From Halocafeteria seosinensis (taxonomy: Eukaryota): a stretch of 64,000 nucleotides of DNA. Position numbers and translations under genes: made by a program. Position 1 is the stretch's first letter. Each line of letters begins with the position of its first letter. Of the stretch, positions 12,000 through 23,710 are shown piece by piece. The DNA lies in contig LVLI01000314.1 in the NCBI GenBank assembly GCA_001687465.1, positions 62,001-126,000 on the forward strand, read 5' to 3'. Below the pieces are notes generated by a model. The model worked only from the letters and a program-made list of their open reading frames with translations. It had not been told where the DNA came from and searched no databases.

Positions 12000-12263
12000 G
12001 TCGTCGTTGTGCCAAGTCTCCTCAAACTGAATGCGCACAGCCTAGTCTATGGTACACAATACAATATACGTGTGTATGGTGTAAATTATGCGTGTAATCG
12101 ATTCCAAAGTTAACAACTCCAGCCACTATGCTCTACTTCAACTAATCAATCAAGTGCAGTTTGGAGGCGAAGGTGCAACTTGCAAGGTACCCAGTACCAT
12201 GGTTGTACAAGGATTCTACAAAGTCTGTTGAGAAGGAAAGCTTGAAATTCCCACCTCGCCGCA

Positions 12264-12465
12264 TAGTCATTCTGGATAGCATAGGTACTTAGCATACCCC
12301 GGTCGCCCGCCACAGAACCCTTTAGGCCTGCTTTAGGAAGAGGATGCGGTCAACTCCCCGGCTGGTGGGCAGACTTGCAAAATCGCGCCTCATAGAGTGC
12401 GGGAAATGAAGGCTGCGCCAGGTTTGGTCAAGTGTTACAGTACCAAGGGATGCTCGCGATGACTA
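12264..12465 (+). ncRNA. Candidate structured non-coding RNA of unknown family
   Basis: Nested complementary segments: 12264-70/12459-65, 12278-82/12450-54, 12284-95/12432-44 (one bulge, two G-U), 12302-12/12363-74 and 12387-93/12406-13. No ORF. No Rfam family recognised by eye. Confidence 0.3.
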
Positions 12466-12706
12466 CCCTCGGGTACAGTAGAGCAAAAAATTTGCTATAA
12501 TTTCATCGTCCTGAAGAATGTTTCTATAAGATAAAACTCTCTGTACAAATAAAAAATTACCACCAGAGGGCCAGAACGTCAGAAAGTCAGAATGCAAATG
12601 ACACGTAGAGAGGTGTATACTGACAACCACGACTCTTCCTCCACTAGCAGCGCTAGTGACCCTGTTTTCGATGGTAGGAGGAACCATGTACGTACACGTG
12701 CATTCA

Positions 12707-14305
12707 TCAACTCGAGCTTTGCCCTGAAGCCTGTTTGGATAAATTCAATAATCGAAGCAGACTGGAGGCTGAGCCTCGCAACGTAGCAACGCTATCCTGA
12801 AGAAATCCAGCCTTTCGCGCAGTAGACTCGTCCGATACCGGCTCGAGACGTCCGTTGGTTGTGCCGCACTCGATATGTTGTTGACACCGTTCTTCATGCC
12901 TCCAAGAATCTGTCAACAATTTAGCGTCTTCATCCGAAAGAGCTTGAGGGCTCTCATCCGCAACAATAAATATCGTGGATACGCAAGCAATTTTACCGTC
13001 CCGTCCCCACTCTTGTTTAATCAACTCTGTCGCATGAAACTGTCTATAGTTGGCGGGATCATATACATTCGTGAGACTGAGATGCTGTAGAAATATCCCA
13101 GAAAACAAGTAACTCGGAAGTTTTCTAGAGAAGGCATCCGCTTGTGCTATCCTAAGCTTTTCAGTATATCGAGGATGAATCCATGTCAGATGCTGCTGCT
13201 GAATCAATATGTCCCGTGCGTACTCGGCAGTGTATCCAAACAACTTTTCAGCGGCGGTATTCATGAATATGTCCACGTGACCATCGTCGTGAAACTTGCA
13301 CGAGGTACATGGCAGTGTGCAGGCAGACATCGCAATTTCGCCAAAATTGTCTGCCAAAGGATGGGCTCCTTGCTGCATTGGAGAGAGGTCGTTCACGAAA
13401 TCGCTGAGAACTGCGTGGAAATTGTTATCCTTGGCCTGGGAGATATCCGACACAGTTCCTTCTTGGTTCCTAGCACGTTTTGCACAGCTGGAAGCGGAAG
13501 AAATCACTGAGGACATGTCTTCTGATACAAATTCGTTAATTCCGGGAATCTTCTTGATGGACTGCTTCTCTGGATTTGTTTGTTGAGAATCATCAAAATG
13601 CCGATTGTGTAGGGAATCTAAAGGAGGTGCTGACTCCCATTGTGGCAGAGTCTCAGACTGCCTGTTTATTGAGCGGAAATGGCTGAACTCAGACTGGAAA
13701 GTTGACGCCGTAGAAGCTGGTGGTACTTGTGAATCATAACTAGTACTCGCCCATAGTGATTCCTCCATCATATGTTCACCGAAAATTTCCGTATGTGGGC
13801 CCCTACGATGATCGTTTGAGAAATAATACGCAGGTAATTCAGTAGAGAATGTGGGGGCGTGCTGTTGAGGAATCCCTCCGGAATGGCCAACGTGCTGCAT
13901 CCCGTAGGAAGAAGGAACATACGTCGTACTTGCATTGTAACTCTGGTAAAAGGGTTCCGTCGAGGAATGATACGGAGTGTGCCCCGCATACCCCTGCATT
14001 GGATAGGATGCAGCCCCGAGTGGCGAAGAAGAACGTGCGGCTACTGCCGTACCGAAATTGTTAGATGCACCCCACTCCTCATCCTGACGATTACGTTTTC
14101 GAGCGTGTGTCTGATTTCCTTCCTTTTTCCGTGGTGTGGTAGTGGGGTTCTCGATGCAATGAATACCAAGACGGGCGCAACGATCACACGGAATACTTCC
14201 AGAGCATTTCTTTTTTGAGCGTGCACACGTACGGCATGCACGATTGTAAGAGCCTCTCTTGTTCCTCCGTTGTAGTTGTCGGAAACTATCGGAAAGGGGC
14301 TCCAT
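12707..14305 (-). CDS. Zn(II)2Cys6 (GAL4-type) binuclear-cluster transcription factor with a C-terminal PAS-like domain
   Basis: RACRTCARSKKKCSGSIPCDRCARLGIHC fits C-x2-C-x6-C-x5-C-x2-C-x6-C. Followed by a basic NLS and a Q/S/P/Y-rich middle. IFMNTAAEKLFGYT..LTWIHP is a PAS hallmark. Intronless, 532 aa. Confidence 0.85.
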   Translation of the reverse strand: MEPLSDSFRQLQRRNKRGSYNRACRTCARSKKKCSGSIPCDRCARLGIHCIENPTTTPRKKEGNQTHARKRNRQDEEWGASNNFGTAVAARSSSPLGAASYPMQGYAGHTPYHSSTEPFYQSYNASTTYVPSSYGMQHVGHSGGIPQQHAPTFSTELPAYYFSNDHRRGPHTEIFGEHMMEESLWASTSYDSQVPPASTASTFQSEFSHFRSINRQSETLPQWESAPPLDSLHNRHFDDSQQTNPEKQSIKKIPGINEFVSEDMSSVISSASSCAKRARNQEGTVSDISQAKDNNFHAVLSDFVNDLSPMQQGAHPLADNFGEIAMSACTLPCTSCKFHDDGHVDIFMNTAAEKLFGYTAEYARDILIQQQHLTWIHPRYTEKLRIAQADAFSRKLPSYLFSGIFLQHLSLTNVYDPANYRQFHATELIKQEWGRDGKIACVSTIFIVADESPQALSDEDAKLLTDSWRHEERCQQHIECGTTNGRLEPVSDESTARKAGFLQDSVATLRGSASSLLRLLNLSKQASGQSSS

Positions 14306-15199
14306 TAGCGACTACGTGTACAACTGTCTTCAAGGTTGAAGAAGGAAACCTGTCGGCTGTTTGAGCGGCACTTCTTTCCTAGGGCTCCAGATAATAGCAT
14401 GCTCTGTAAGATACTTTACGCCTCCGTCAGCGTGTCAACAAAATGTTGTACTTAAGCAACCAAGCAAAGACACCGGAATTGCTTTACTATCGAAGCACTT
14501 GCCGGAACGTTGGTCCGCTAAACAGGTGCGAACTGAGGGCACACGATTACTCTTCCCGCTTGCACAGCTCGTCTTAGACTCGTCTATGGTTGTCCGCTTG
14601 TTCAGCATTAGGTAGAGCCTGTTCCGACGTACAATACTAAGTGTTGGGCACAACTATGGACGGATAGCTATGCCCTGTCGTTCGACAGAAGACGTTAGCA
14701 ACCCCGCACGGCTCGGTCGGGGCGGCACCGCCGCAATCAATCAAAAAGCGAAGCGTCCATGAGTGAACATAAAACTAATCTCAATTGAACTGTACCTGCT
14801 TTGGTGTGAAGGATTCCGATAAAGTGTTTTATCGGCCCAAAGCTATGTATGGATGAATTTCAGGCACATTCCCGCTAGAATCTTCGCAAACCCAAACTGT
14901 TCTGGATTATCGGACAGAGTCGTCGTCAGTGGAGCAAATTCTGCGTTCGCAGTTCGTATTTGGCATACGGTGCACTTGAGCATCACGATGAGAAAGCATG
15001 GTAGTGATTGGGAATCGGCAAGAGTGCCTCCCAGGCAAGGCTGAAGTCAGTCGTAGCAGTGTACGACTTTTGTGAAGTGGTGTCCCGTGCTGAGCAGCCT
15101 GAGCGTGGACAACCTCGGTAGCATTTAGATGCCCATCACAGGTATGGTTTAAACAGAATGCGCGAAAACGCATGAAGGAGCTACGAGTGTCCAAACACT

Positions 15200-16987
15200 A
15201 TGTCGGCGGGGAAGTCTGAAGAGTTCATGACGGGAGCGAACGCGGTCAAGAGACACTACTTTCCAGGAGAGTACCCACAACGTGGCTCCAGAGCTAAGTA
15301 TGGCGCTATCAGAAACAATAGAGATACCAACGACGACGAAGATCCTCTGACGGACGGCGACAGTGACGATAGTAATGCCTCCCTTATTGTTATGCGTTCC
15401 GCAAACGACAGAGAAGGAGGATCTGAACAAGTTAGCAACCACGGGATCCCTATCCGACTAAGGAGGAGTGTAAAATATAGCTTGGCACTGCGAGGACTCT
15501 CCTGTACGTTGTTTAGAAATGAAAAAGCGAGAAGCAGTGTTGAAATCCAACATAACTTGGTCCCCATTCTCGGAGATGAATCGAATTTGAGTGATCGATT
15601 TGACGTCCGTCATCTCCTGTATAGCCTGGAGGCTTTGAAAAGCGCGGAGCCCATGTCAGAGCAGAATACCCAGACAAAGACGAAGGGACAGATCCTTCTT
15701 TCTGATGCCCTGGAGAAACAGCGGTATAAAGACATTCTACCGGAGACGCCACTCCAGTCAGTCACTTCTGCTGCGGGGATTGCCTGCTGTTGTGCTGGAA
15801 CAGGTGCGTACCTAGTCCGCGTGAGATGATTATTCGTTCATTGCGTCAAAACTGTCCCGGTTTCCAGTAACATGGTAGCTATGTATGTAAAACTTGCGCT
15901 GCTAGGGTTGGTAGCCCAGTTATACGAGAATGAACGTGGGCTGATGGTTATCGTAACGGGGAGTTCCAAAGATCATACCGTAATGGTTAAATCGATGGTT
16001 TTTTTTTCCCTCTGTCTACGGGTGACTGATACTTAGTCTCTCGCTTGTGTTCCCAAAAACATATACAGATACGACTGCGACGACATCTTCTGTGGACGCT
16101 CAAACTAAAGAAGATGGCTCGGTAGAGTTCGTAACCCCGTTCTTTATACCAGGACACATAAAGACTCCATCAAAATGGGCAAAGCATCTGAGAATAGCCC
16201 ACACAGCCCGAAAAGTCCATGAAAGACCTCAGTTGGAGGTGATGCTCAGAGTTAGGCAAAAGGAGAACCCCAGTTTCAGCTTCCTCTTCGATTCAGATGA
16301 GCTGTTTCCGTATTACACTTTTTTGAAGGTATGAATTCTCGTTCCGTACGTTTCTGATGAGCAGCTTGATGAAATTGTTTCCGTTTAGTGCAGAAGAGAG
16401 CAGAGGATGGATCAGCAGAATGGCCCGAAACACCCCCAGATACTGGACACCAAGAAAACCCTTTGGGGATAGGTTACTCAGATTCTGATGAAGAGCAAAA
16501 GGAGGAAAGAGGACGAAACACTGCTACGTCTTCCTCCAACGTCTCGAGTGGAAGTACTACTACCAGTTCTCAAGACAACGTCTCAAGCGCAAATACTACT
16601 ACCAGTTCTCAAGACAACGTCTCAAGCGCAAATACTACTACCAGTTCTCAAGACCCAAACCAAGAGGAAAAGCTTGCAAAGATAAAGGAAACTGTCAATG
16701 CTGTGAATAGAAAGCTCAGTGAACGCGTGGGAACCAAGCGAAAGCGATGGGACGCCGATGCATATCGAAAGAGCGACAACGCTACAGAAACAGAAGGCAC
16801 GCATGAAGAGGCTAGCAAAGCGTCGGGGAGCATCTCAGGACATGAGGAAGCTGACCCATCTATAGCTTCAGTCTCTCGAGATCCGGAGGAGGAAGTGAAG
16901 AGACAGCGCCGCCTTGCTCGCGCGAGGATGATGAAGGGCCACTTTCAATTCCGCCAAGAAACCTGGAGTAGAGAAAACGCAAGTTGA
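15200..16987 (+). CDS. Suppressor-of-white-apricot (SFSWAP/CLASRP family) splicing factor: DRY_EERY domain plus one SURP domain
   Basis: LALRGLSCTLFRNEKARSS...LVPILGDESNLSDRFDVRHLL...LEKQRYKD is the DRY_EERY domain. IAHTARKV..PQLEVMLRVRQKENPSFSFLFDSDELFPYYTFLK is a SURP domain. Introns ~15804-16068 and ~16329-16388. Confidence 0.8.
16538..16654 (+). repeat. Coding tandem repeat, 3 x 39 bp (NVSS[GS/AN]TTTSSQD)
   Basis: aacgtctcaagcgcaaatactactaccagttctcaagac occurs twice identically plus one variant copy, head-to-tail with no spacers. Confidence 0.95.
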
Positions 16988-17213
16988 TGATTCTTGCCTG
17001 TAGATGGTGTGCTGCTTCGCTTCGTTACAGAATGAAAGTCATTGACGTGATTGAATATTTTCCACCTTCACAACTTCGTCTACCTAGTGTCACCTCAACT
17101 TCAAGTACCTCATGTAACCTTCATGATGCACAAGTATACCATAGTAGAGGTGGTAAAATAGGTATGTTCTTGCCCCATGATCTTGTATTGCTAATCTGGG
17201 AAGGAGAGAGGCA

Positions 17214-20200
17214 ATGCTTCGAACACGGCGCTTGCTAACAGTGCCTCGCGGAGGAGGGCCGCTGCCGGGAGGATGTGGTTGGAGGCGAATATCTACACTA
17301 ATACAGCCTCGTTGGAGCCCCCAGGATAAATCAAGAAAGTTAGCACATTTGAATAGTCGGTCGAAGTGGAATGGCGCTCGGAAGAATAGCACAGGACATG
17401 GAACAAAGGGGGGAAAGAGTCGTCCGGAGGAATTGCTCCAACACTTGGAGCAAATGGCACAAACTCCAGAAATAAAGGAAATCACCGATATGTACCAAAG
17501 TTTGGCTTCTTCGGTTAAGAGTGGGTACTATAAGCGGTCCCTTTCCAATCGGAAACTCATCGCGAAACGGACAGAGGAAGGACAGCGATTGAGCTCGACC
17601 CTCGCGGAAATAAGCTCACTCTCTATACAACAAAGACTGCAAGATAATCAGACTTCCGGTCGCAATGAGCGTGATTCTGATCTCATTAGAGGGATAGTGA
17701 CGGTCGTAGATAATGCGATATTGTGTCATAGAGGACTTCCGAAACAACTTGCTTCCGCTACGTTTCAAGCCGTGTCTGCTCAGCAGAATTTCCTCGAGCC
17801 GATGGTATGTTTCATGAGATTTTGTCATTATCTTCCGATAAATACCTGCCTTTAATTGCTTTTGCTTACCCCAGGAGTCTATTCTCCTAATGCGTGGATT
17901 TTCCGCTACCCAACATCTGACACCAAAAATGTTTCGTATATTGAGGCAAGCGCTTGTAGATGGTGCAGGGTCCTTGAACAGTCAACAGATTTCGATGACC
18001 ATGAACTTGATGGCAAAAGAAGGCATCAAAGACATAGAGCTTACATCAGTTTTGGCGCGGAAAGCCGTGACGGACCACCACTTGCTCTCTGAACAAGGCT
18101 TGTCACAAATGTTGCGCAGTTGTGCTCAATTGGATCTCAATCTACCGTGGCTATTTTCTTCTATGGCTCCTGTATGTCGAAAGCGTCTAGATGAATTCAC
18201 AGACCAGGGATTGTCTAATCTCATTTGGGCCTATGCGACATCGTCTGTCGAAGAAAGCTCTGAAACTAATTCCTTCTATGTATCTGTAGCCGAGGAATAT
18301 GCCAATCGTGTACAATCGCCAACGGCGAATAAGAAAAGCGAGCAAGCGTTGTCCTTGTCGATCGGGTTGTGGTCCTTGGATAAGCTTGGACTAGCGAGAA
18401 CATCTCAACTGAATGAAATCCTAGATCAGGTGCTGAACAATGCTGCCTTGCTTAGAGAAGCATCTACTTCGGACATTGTTAGGTTTCTTATCGTGTACAG
18501 TAATTCTGAAGCGGAGACTGATCCTTCGGTACTCGTGAGCGAAATTGTTCGTCGTTGTAATGCGGAATTTGTATCGAGGGAGGATGCTGTTACCTTGTTA
18601 AAACACTGGGAACGCGTATGTTCTAAGTTGGAGGATTCGTTTGGAGAGCAGCTAGAAGCGATTTTTCCATCCCTTTGTCGCTTAGTGTCACGTAATGTAT
18701 CAAAATGGGATCCCAGAACTGCAACTACAGTCTTCAAAGCTGTTGGACGCCATGTACTCGAGAAAACCGTTCGTCCAGATGATCCATCTTTGTCCTGTTT
18801 CATGAGTTGTGTCGGTAAGGTACTAACTCAGCGTAATCGTTTTGATTCGTTGCAGCTGTCAATCATAGTCAACACAGCCGCAAAGGTCATAGGCAGTGAA
18901 TCAAGAGTGTCACTTATCATGCGAAGTGATGAGGACTTTTCCGCGCTGCCAAGAATGCTCTCGTCAGTGGGGAGGGAGTTGGTTTCCCGAGACTTCGTTA
19001 AGAGTGGTCCGGAAACCGGGAGCGGAGGGCGGGTTTCCTCCGCCGTCCAACGTTGCTCACGGGCGCTTGACCAAATTAGTGCAGGAGTATCAAGCCAGTC
19101 CAGGGAAGCGCTGGAGGTTCCAATCGCTGTGTCTACGCTGATATGGTCGTTTGCACATGCGTACTCGTCTTTAGCCCGCCATACAGATTGGAATGGTTCA
19201 TTTGTTGTTGACAAAGAGCTTTTAGGTGTATTGTCCTCCCATGCGAGGATTCTTGCTCCATTGATGACACCGTGGTCTTTAGCAAACACGGCGTTCGGTA
19301 TTGCTACTAGTGGGCTTCCGGCGCTCAACCTATTCGGTGCGGTCGGAAAAGAGTTGCTTGCCCGGGCTTCTTATTCAGAGAAAAGGTTGCCGTCGGAATG
19401 CGGGAAGGCACTAGCAATGCAAGGATTTGGCCCAGATGAAATCGCCTCGCTTTCGTGGTCGTTTACTCAACAAGGTTTCACAGATGCTCCGCTATACGAG
19501 TTATTTACTGCATATTGCGTTGAAGGTATGAGTCAACGTGGATTGTCGATGACGACTCGCCATGCCGTTCTTGTTGCATGGAGCGCTAGCTGTGCGGAGG
19601 TATTCAACACGAAATTCTTGCAATCACTGGTGCAATTTATTCACCAGTATCCGAAATTGTCACAATTAGAGTTATCACAACTTTTCACTGTTCAACAAGC
19701 TGTTCGACTGCTCTTGCCGGACAATGTTTCGGATAATACGATTATTCGGCTTGAAAACACCGAGAATACGTCAATTAGTGAGTCTAGCGACTATAGTGAT
19801 GTACTTCGAGGAGAGAACTTAGAACGATTTCAATACAGGAGGATTGCCGGCGAAGAAGGCATATCTCCGCATTGGGAGAAACCTTACGGCAGTGAAGGCC
19901 CATCAGCATCGTTTCGTTTCCAACTCCCCAAACCCGTATCACAACAAGCATCTCAAGCATTCTTGGAACTTCATCAGTATTCCCGATCAAACTTACAGGG
20001 GAATGTCGCGAAAGCATTGAAGCATTTAGAAACCAAGGAGCCCGTGGAAGAATATCTGACGCCGCTGCATCTATCATTGGATTTTGCTTGGCCAAACCAA
20101 AGAGTCGCTTTGGAAATAAACGGACCCAGTCACTTTTTGCCTGGAATAGAGCCCCCGGTAAAGTCACCTCCTACTAGGCTAAAAGAACGATTACTTGCTG

Positions 20201-23200
20201 CTCAGGGATGGGATCTGAGAACACTGCAATATTACGAATGGTCGGGTAGGACCGCGTTCACGAAGCGGGAATGGTTGCTTTCAGAGGAAGAGCAGTACCA
20301 ACTCTTGCGTGAAAAATTGCCTGAATCTGTGCTGGGAGAAGAGCTTCGCAATGCACCCTCTGGGCTCGCGGATCGAAGCCACGACACCGATCCGCATATG
20401 GAGGAGGATATCAATTTTCGCGATTTCGAAGATATGGCCTGCTCTGTATACGGTATCAACAAGCAACAATTACGTCACGATGTGAATGTTAATTCCCTAA
20501 GACCAGCTTCCAGTGGTGAGTACGAGAACACGGACTCAAGTTATAGGACTGCTCAGATGTCGGAGTCAAAGGGAGAACGTTCAGCAAAACGTTTCAACAG
20601 TTTCATCCATGATGCCGTGCCCGCTTCGGAGTCAAATGCTGGTGGTCGTGAATCGGTGGACGCGGAGTTCGACGAAATGGCAAAACAGGCTTCCCATGAC
20701 TCCACTGAATCGGTCCAAATAACAGAGCATGATATTCGTGAAGTGTATGGAAAGAAAATAGACGAGGAGCTAGATAACCCGCATGAGTTGGACGTGGAAA
20801 GTGCGGTTTCTCAGTTAGAGAAGCTTGCGAACCAAGATACTTTGCAAAGTGATTTGGCCCAAGAATCGACCCGACATAGTACCGGTGATCTTTTTGATAT
20901 GAGCCAACATAAGGATACAGTTCATGCTGATTTTGTTATAAACGAGAGTGGGAAGGTCGTAGAACGTCAAAGAAGAGTAAACGCGGATGACAACCGCACA
21001 ATGGTGGGTCGCGAATCCTCTGCTTTTGAATCCGACGTCGAGGACATAGAGGAAATAGGGTCTGGCTTTTCGATGGCAAGTCCTTCCGAGTCTAGATCCC
21101 CTTACTCTAGGGGATTTAATATGGATGCTGAAGCGAGGGAGCTGGATCGAGATATGCTTATGACAAACAATTTCTTTAGGCAATACCAGGAAGCTCGGGA
21201 TGCCGAAAAGAAAGGGGACCCCATGCCGATGGAAGAGCTGCTGGAGAAATACGCAAAGAAGATGGATATTTCGTTATCTTCAGATGATGAGCAATCTCAA
21301 TTTTCCAGCCCCGACACCAGCAATCTTAGCCAACGCGACAGAACTGTACTAGAGGCGCTCAAGTTTGAATATGCTAACCGAAACCTTACCCCACAGGAGC
21401 AGCAGGAAGCTGAGAACCATTTGAGACAACAGCTGGGAAAACTTGAATCCCATAGTCGCCAAAAGCTGCAGCACGGCTTGAATATAGATGTCGATCTTTC
21501 TGATATAGATAAGGCTTTTAAGGAAGAGGAACAACTAGACGGAGATCCAGTGAACTCCCTGATATCAGTTTCCGACTCGGGCTTAGGTAATGCAACTTCA
21601 GTCGAGACGCCGCTACTTGCTAGCATGAATGAAGAAGCTTTTGAGGAAGCAGCTTCGAAGGAGAAGAGAAGCGTTATATCAGAAAGTGTGCAAGACGAGA
21701 AAGTGCCAGATGAGCGTCGAGGCCGCAGTAAAAAGAGGCGGTCTTTTGCGCTCAAGACCCCGCAAAATGGTTCAAGAAGCAGCGAAATAGAGGAGCAGGC
21801 ACCTGATAAGATAGGCCATCAGTACAGTAAGGAGGATGCGAAAGCATCGCAGAAAGATCCTTCGCCCAAAATCTCACGTAAGCGTCGACGCCAAAGAAGT
21901 GGTGACAGCGCCTCCAACACCGGTACAGACGAGTCGTTCCTGGAAGAAATGCATGAAAACGCGTGGAGCAAGCAATTGGACCAAATTGGGGATGATGACC
22001 CTGAATGGCGGTCATTATCGAGTGAAGAGAAAGAAAGACAGCTAAAACATGCACTTGCCGATGTTATGGGGTCGATGAATCTTGAGCTAAGTCAGCATGG
22101 TATCGATTCGTCGCATTTTATGCGACTCCTTGATGAAGCATACTTCGGGGGTTTCGATTCTGGTCCCTCAAGCACTGCTCAAGGAAACGACGTAGTGTCT
22201 AAGTTGCGTGCAGCACTGAAACGTAGCATAGAATCAAGAGTGCCGAACGACTCGGAGTACCCCGAGACTACTAAGTTTCTTAGACCAATGGCCCTTCGTG
22301 GTGAGGCCGAAAATGCCGCCAGGATTTTGAAGAAAGGTACAGCTGTTGAAGGGGAGTTAAATACACCAACTGGAGGACTTCTCTTTCAACTTCTGCGCAA
22401 AACCGGGTATGGCCATTCCGAAGAAATGAAGAATCGCATACGGGAAATTCAAGAAGACAAAGCAAACCAAACCGGTTTGTCTGGTTCATCTCACTTGACA
22501 CAAATGAATTTGTCGCAGTTGGATTCTCTCCTGGGGTTACCTTCTCACGAGGAAATTAAGGATCTTCAACAGACTCGTGACGAACAGGACAGCGGTGAAA
22601 ATGATCACCTCATAGATCTCGCCGAATATTCGGAGGAGCAATTGTCCGATCTGATTCGCTCTAGGGCTGATAGGGTTCGGCGTATGATAGGCAGCCCTGA
22701 TGGCTCCGGCAACGCACAATACGATGAACGAGGCTTCATAGAAGGACCCAATGGTATCAAAACTTCTCCAGAAGAAATGGACGCTTTCAAACGATTACTA
22801 ATGGGATACAAGATATCCTCGGATGGAGTGCTTGAGAGCGATAACGAAAGTCCCGAATGGGAACATCTATTACAACGACTTACTACCGACCTTGGAGTGA
22901 CACAAGAAGACCAACCAGACTATGGCGAGAATGTTGATAAAGACATCGCCGACATCGAATCGCAACTGGGTGAAGAGTCATCTCAAAACGTAAATAAATC
23001 CTTAGGTGGAAACTATCAGCAGCGCAGCCGATCCAACAGGGGGAGAAGGAGCGATATTAAGCTGGAGAGGGCGACAGATCAGTTGGAAGACTTAGATTCT
23101 TCTGTCGCTAACTTAGAGAATTTGGTGCAAAACCAAGAAGGATCCAATCAATCTAACGAACAAATGGAACCCGAAGATAACTCACAGGATCACTTGTGGG

Positions 23201-23493
23201 ACGATCTCTTGGGTGATGATGAAATACGCAGCATGGTCAGTAGATTGCAATCCTCTGGAACCCCACAATCTGTCGTGGAGGATACCATAAAGGAAGGTTA
23301 TGCGGAGTATTCGCAAACTCCGGGGAACAATTTCCACGGATCAAGGGGAGGTGCTAGACAAAAAGCCGCACAAAAGTGGGAGCAAATGTCTGACTCTGAT
23401 GAACGTGAAAAAGATGAGGCACGGCATCGCAAACCTCCTGGTAAGGTCAATCGCTTACGGTACCGCCAAGAGTCCAGTGATAGGAAAGACTAA
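17214..23493 (+). CDS. ~2070-aa organelle-targeted helical-repeat (OPR/HPR/FAST-like) RAP-domain RNA-binding protein with a very long acidic tail
   Basis: Arg-rich presequence-like start (MLRTRRLL). Intron 17805-17874. Repeats such as QGLSNLIWAYA, QLSIIVNTAAK, SLANTAFGIA and DEIASLSWSF. RAP core LSLDFAWPNQRVALEINGPSHF...TRLKERLLAAQGW..LQYYEW at ~20070-20240. Confidence 0.8.
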
Positions 23494-23710
23494 AAGAAAC
23501 AGGTACAGCTCTGCGAATGACGACACTGGCATAAGAACTTGAAGAGGAGCTGTTGTCTGTGTGCTGCAAAAACATGGGAATTCTTGTTCTATCAACACGG
23601 GAAATTCAGCAGGTTATTGACACTTAGAAATTAACAAACAATATCCATGCGTACAGTATTCCATCAGCAACCATGTTTAGGTGCGTGTTTGCCTGATAAT
23701 AGAAGACCAT

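Noticed and set aside
12314..12340. Two TTTAGG motifs and AACCCT as telomeric repeat or telomerase template
   Set aside because: They are not tandem and do not form a 1.5-repeat template such as CTAAACCCT.
16538..16654. Repeat array that might suggest CRISPR
   Set aside because: The units are contiguous with no unique spacers, they are in frame within a eukaryotic exon, and there are no cas genes.
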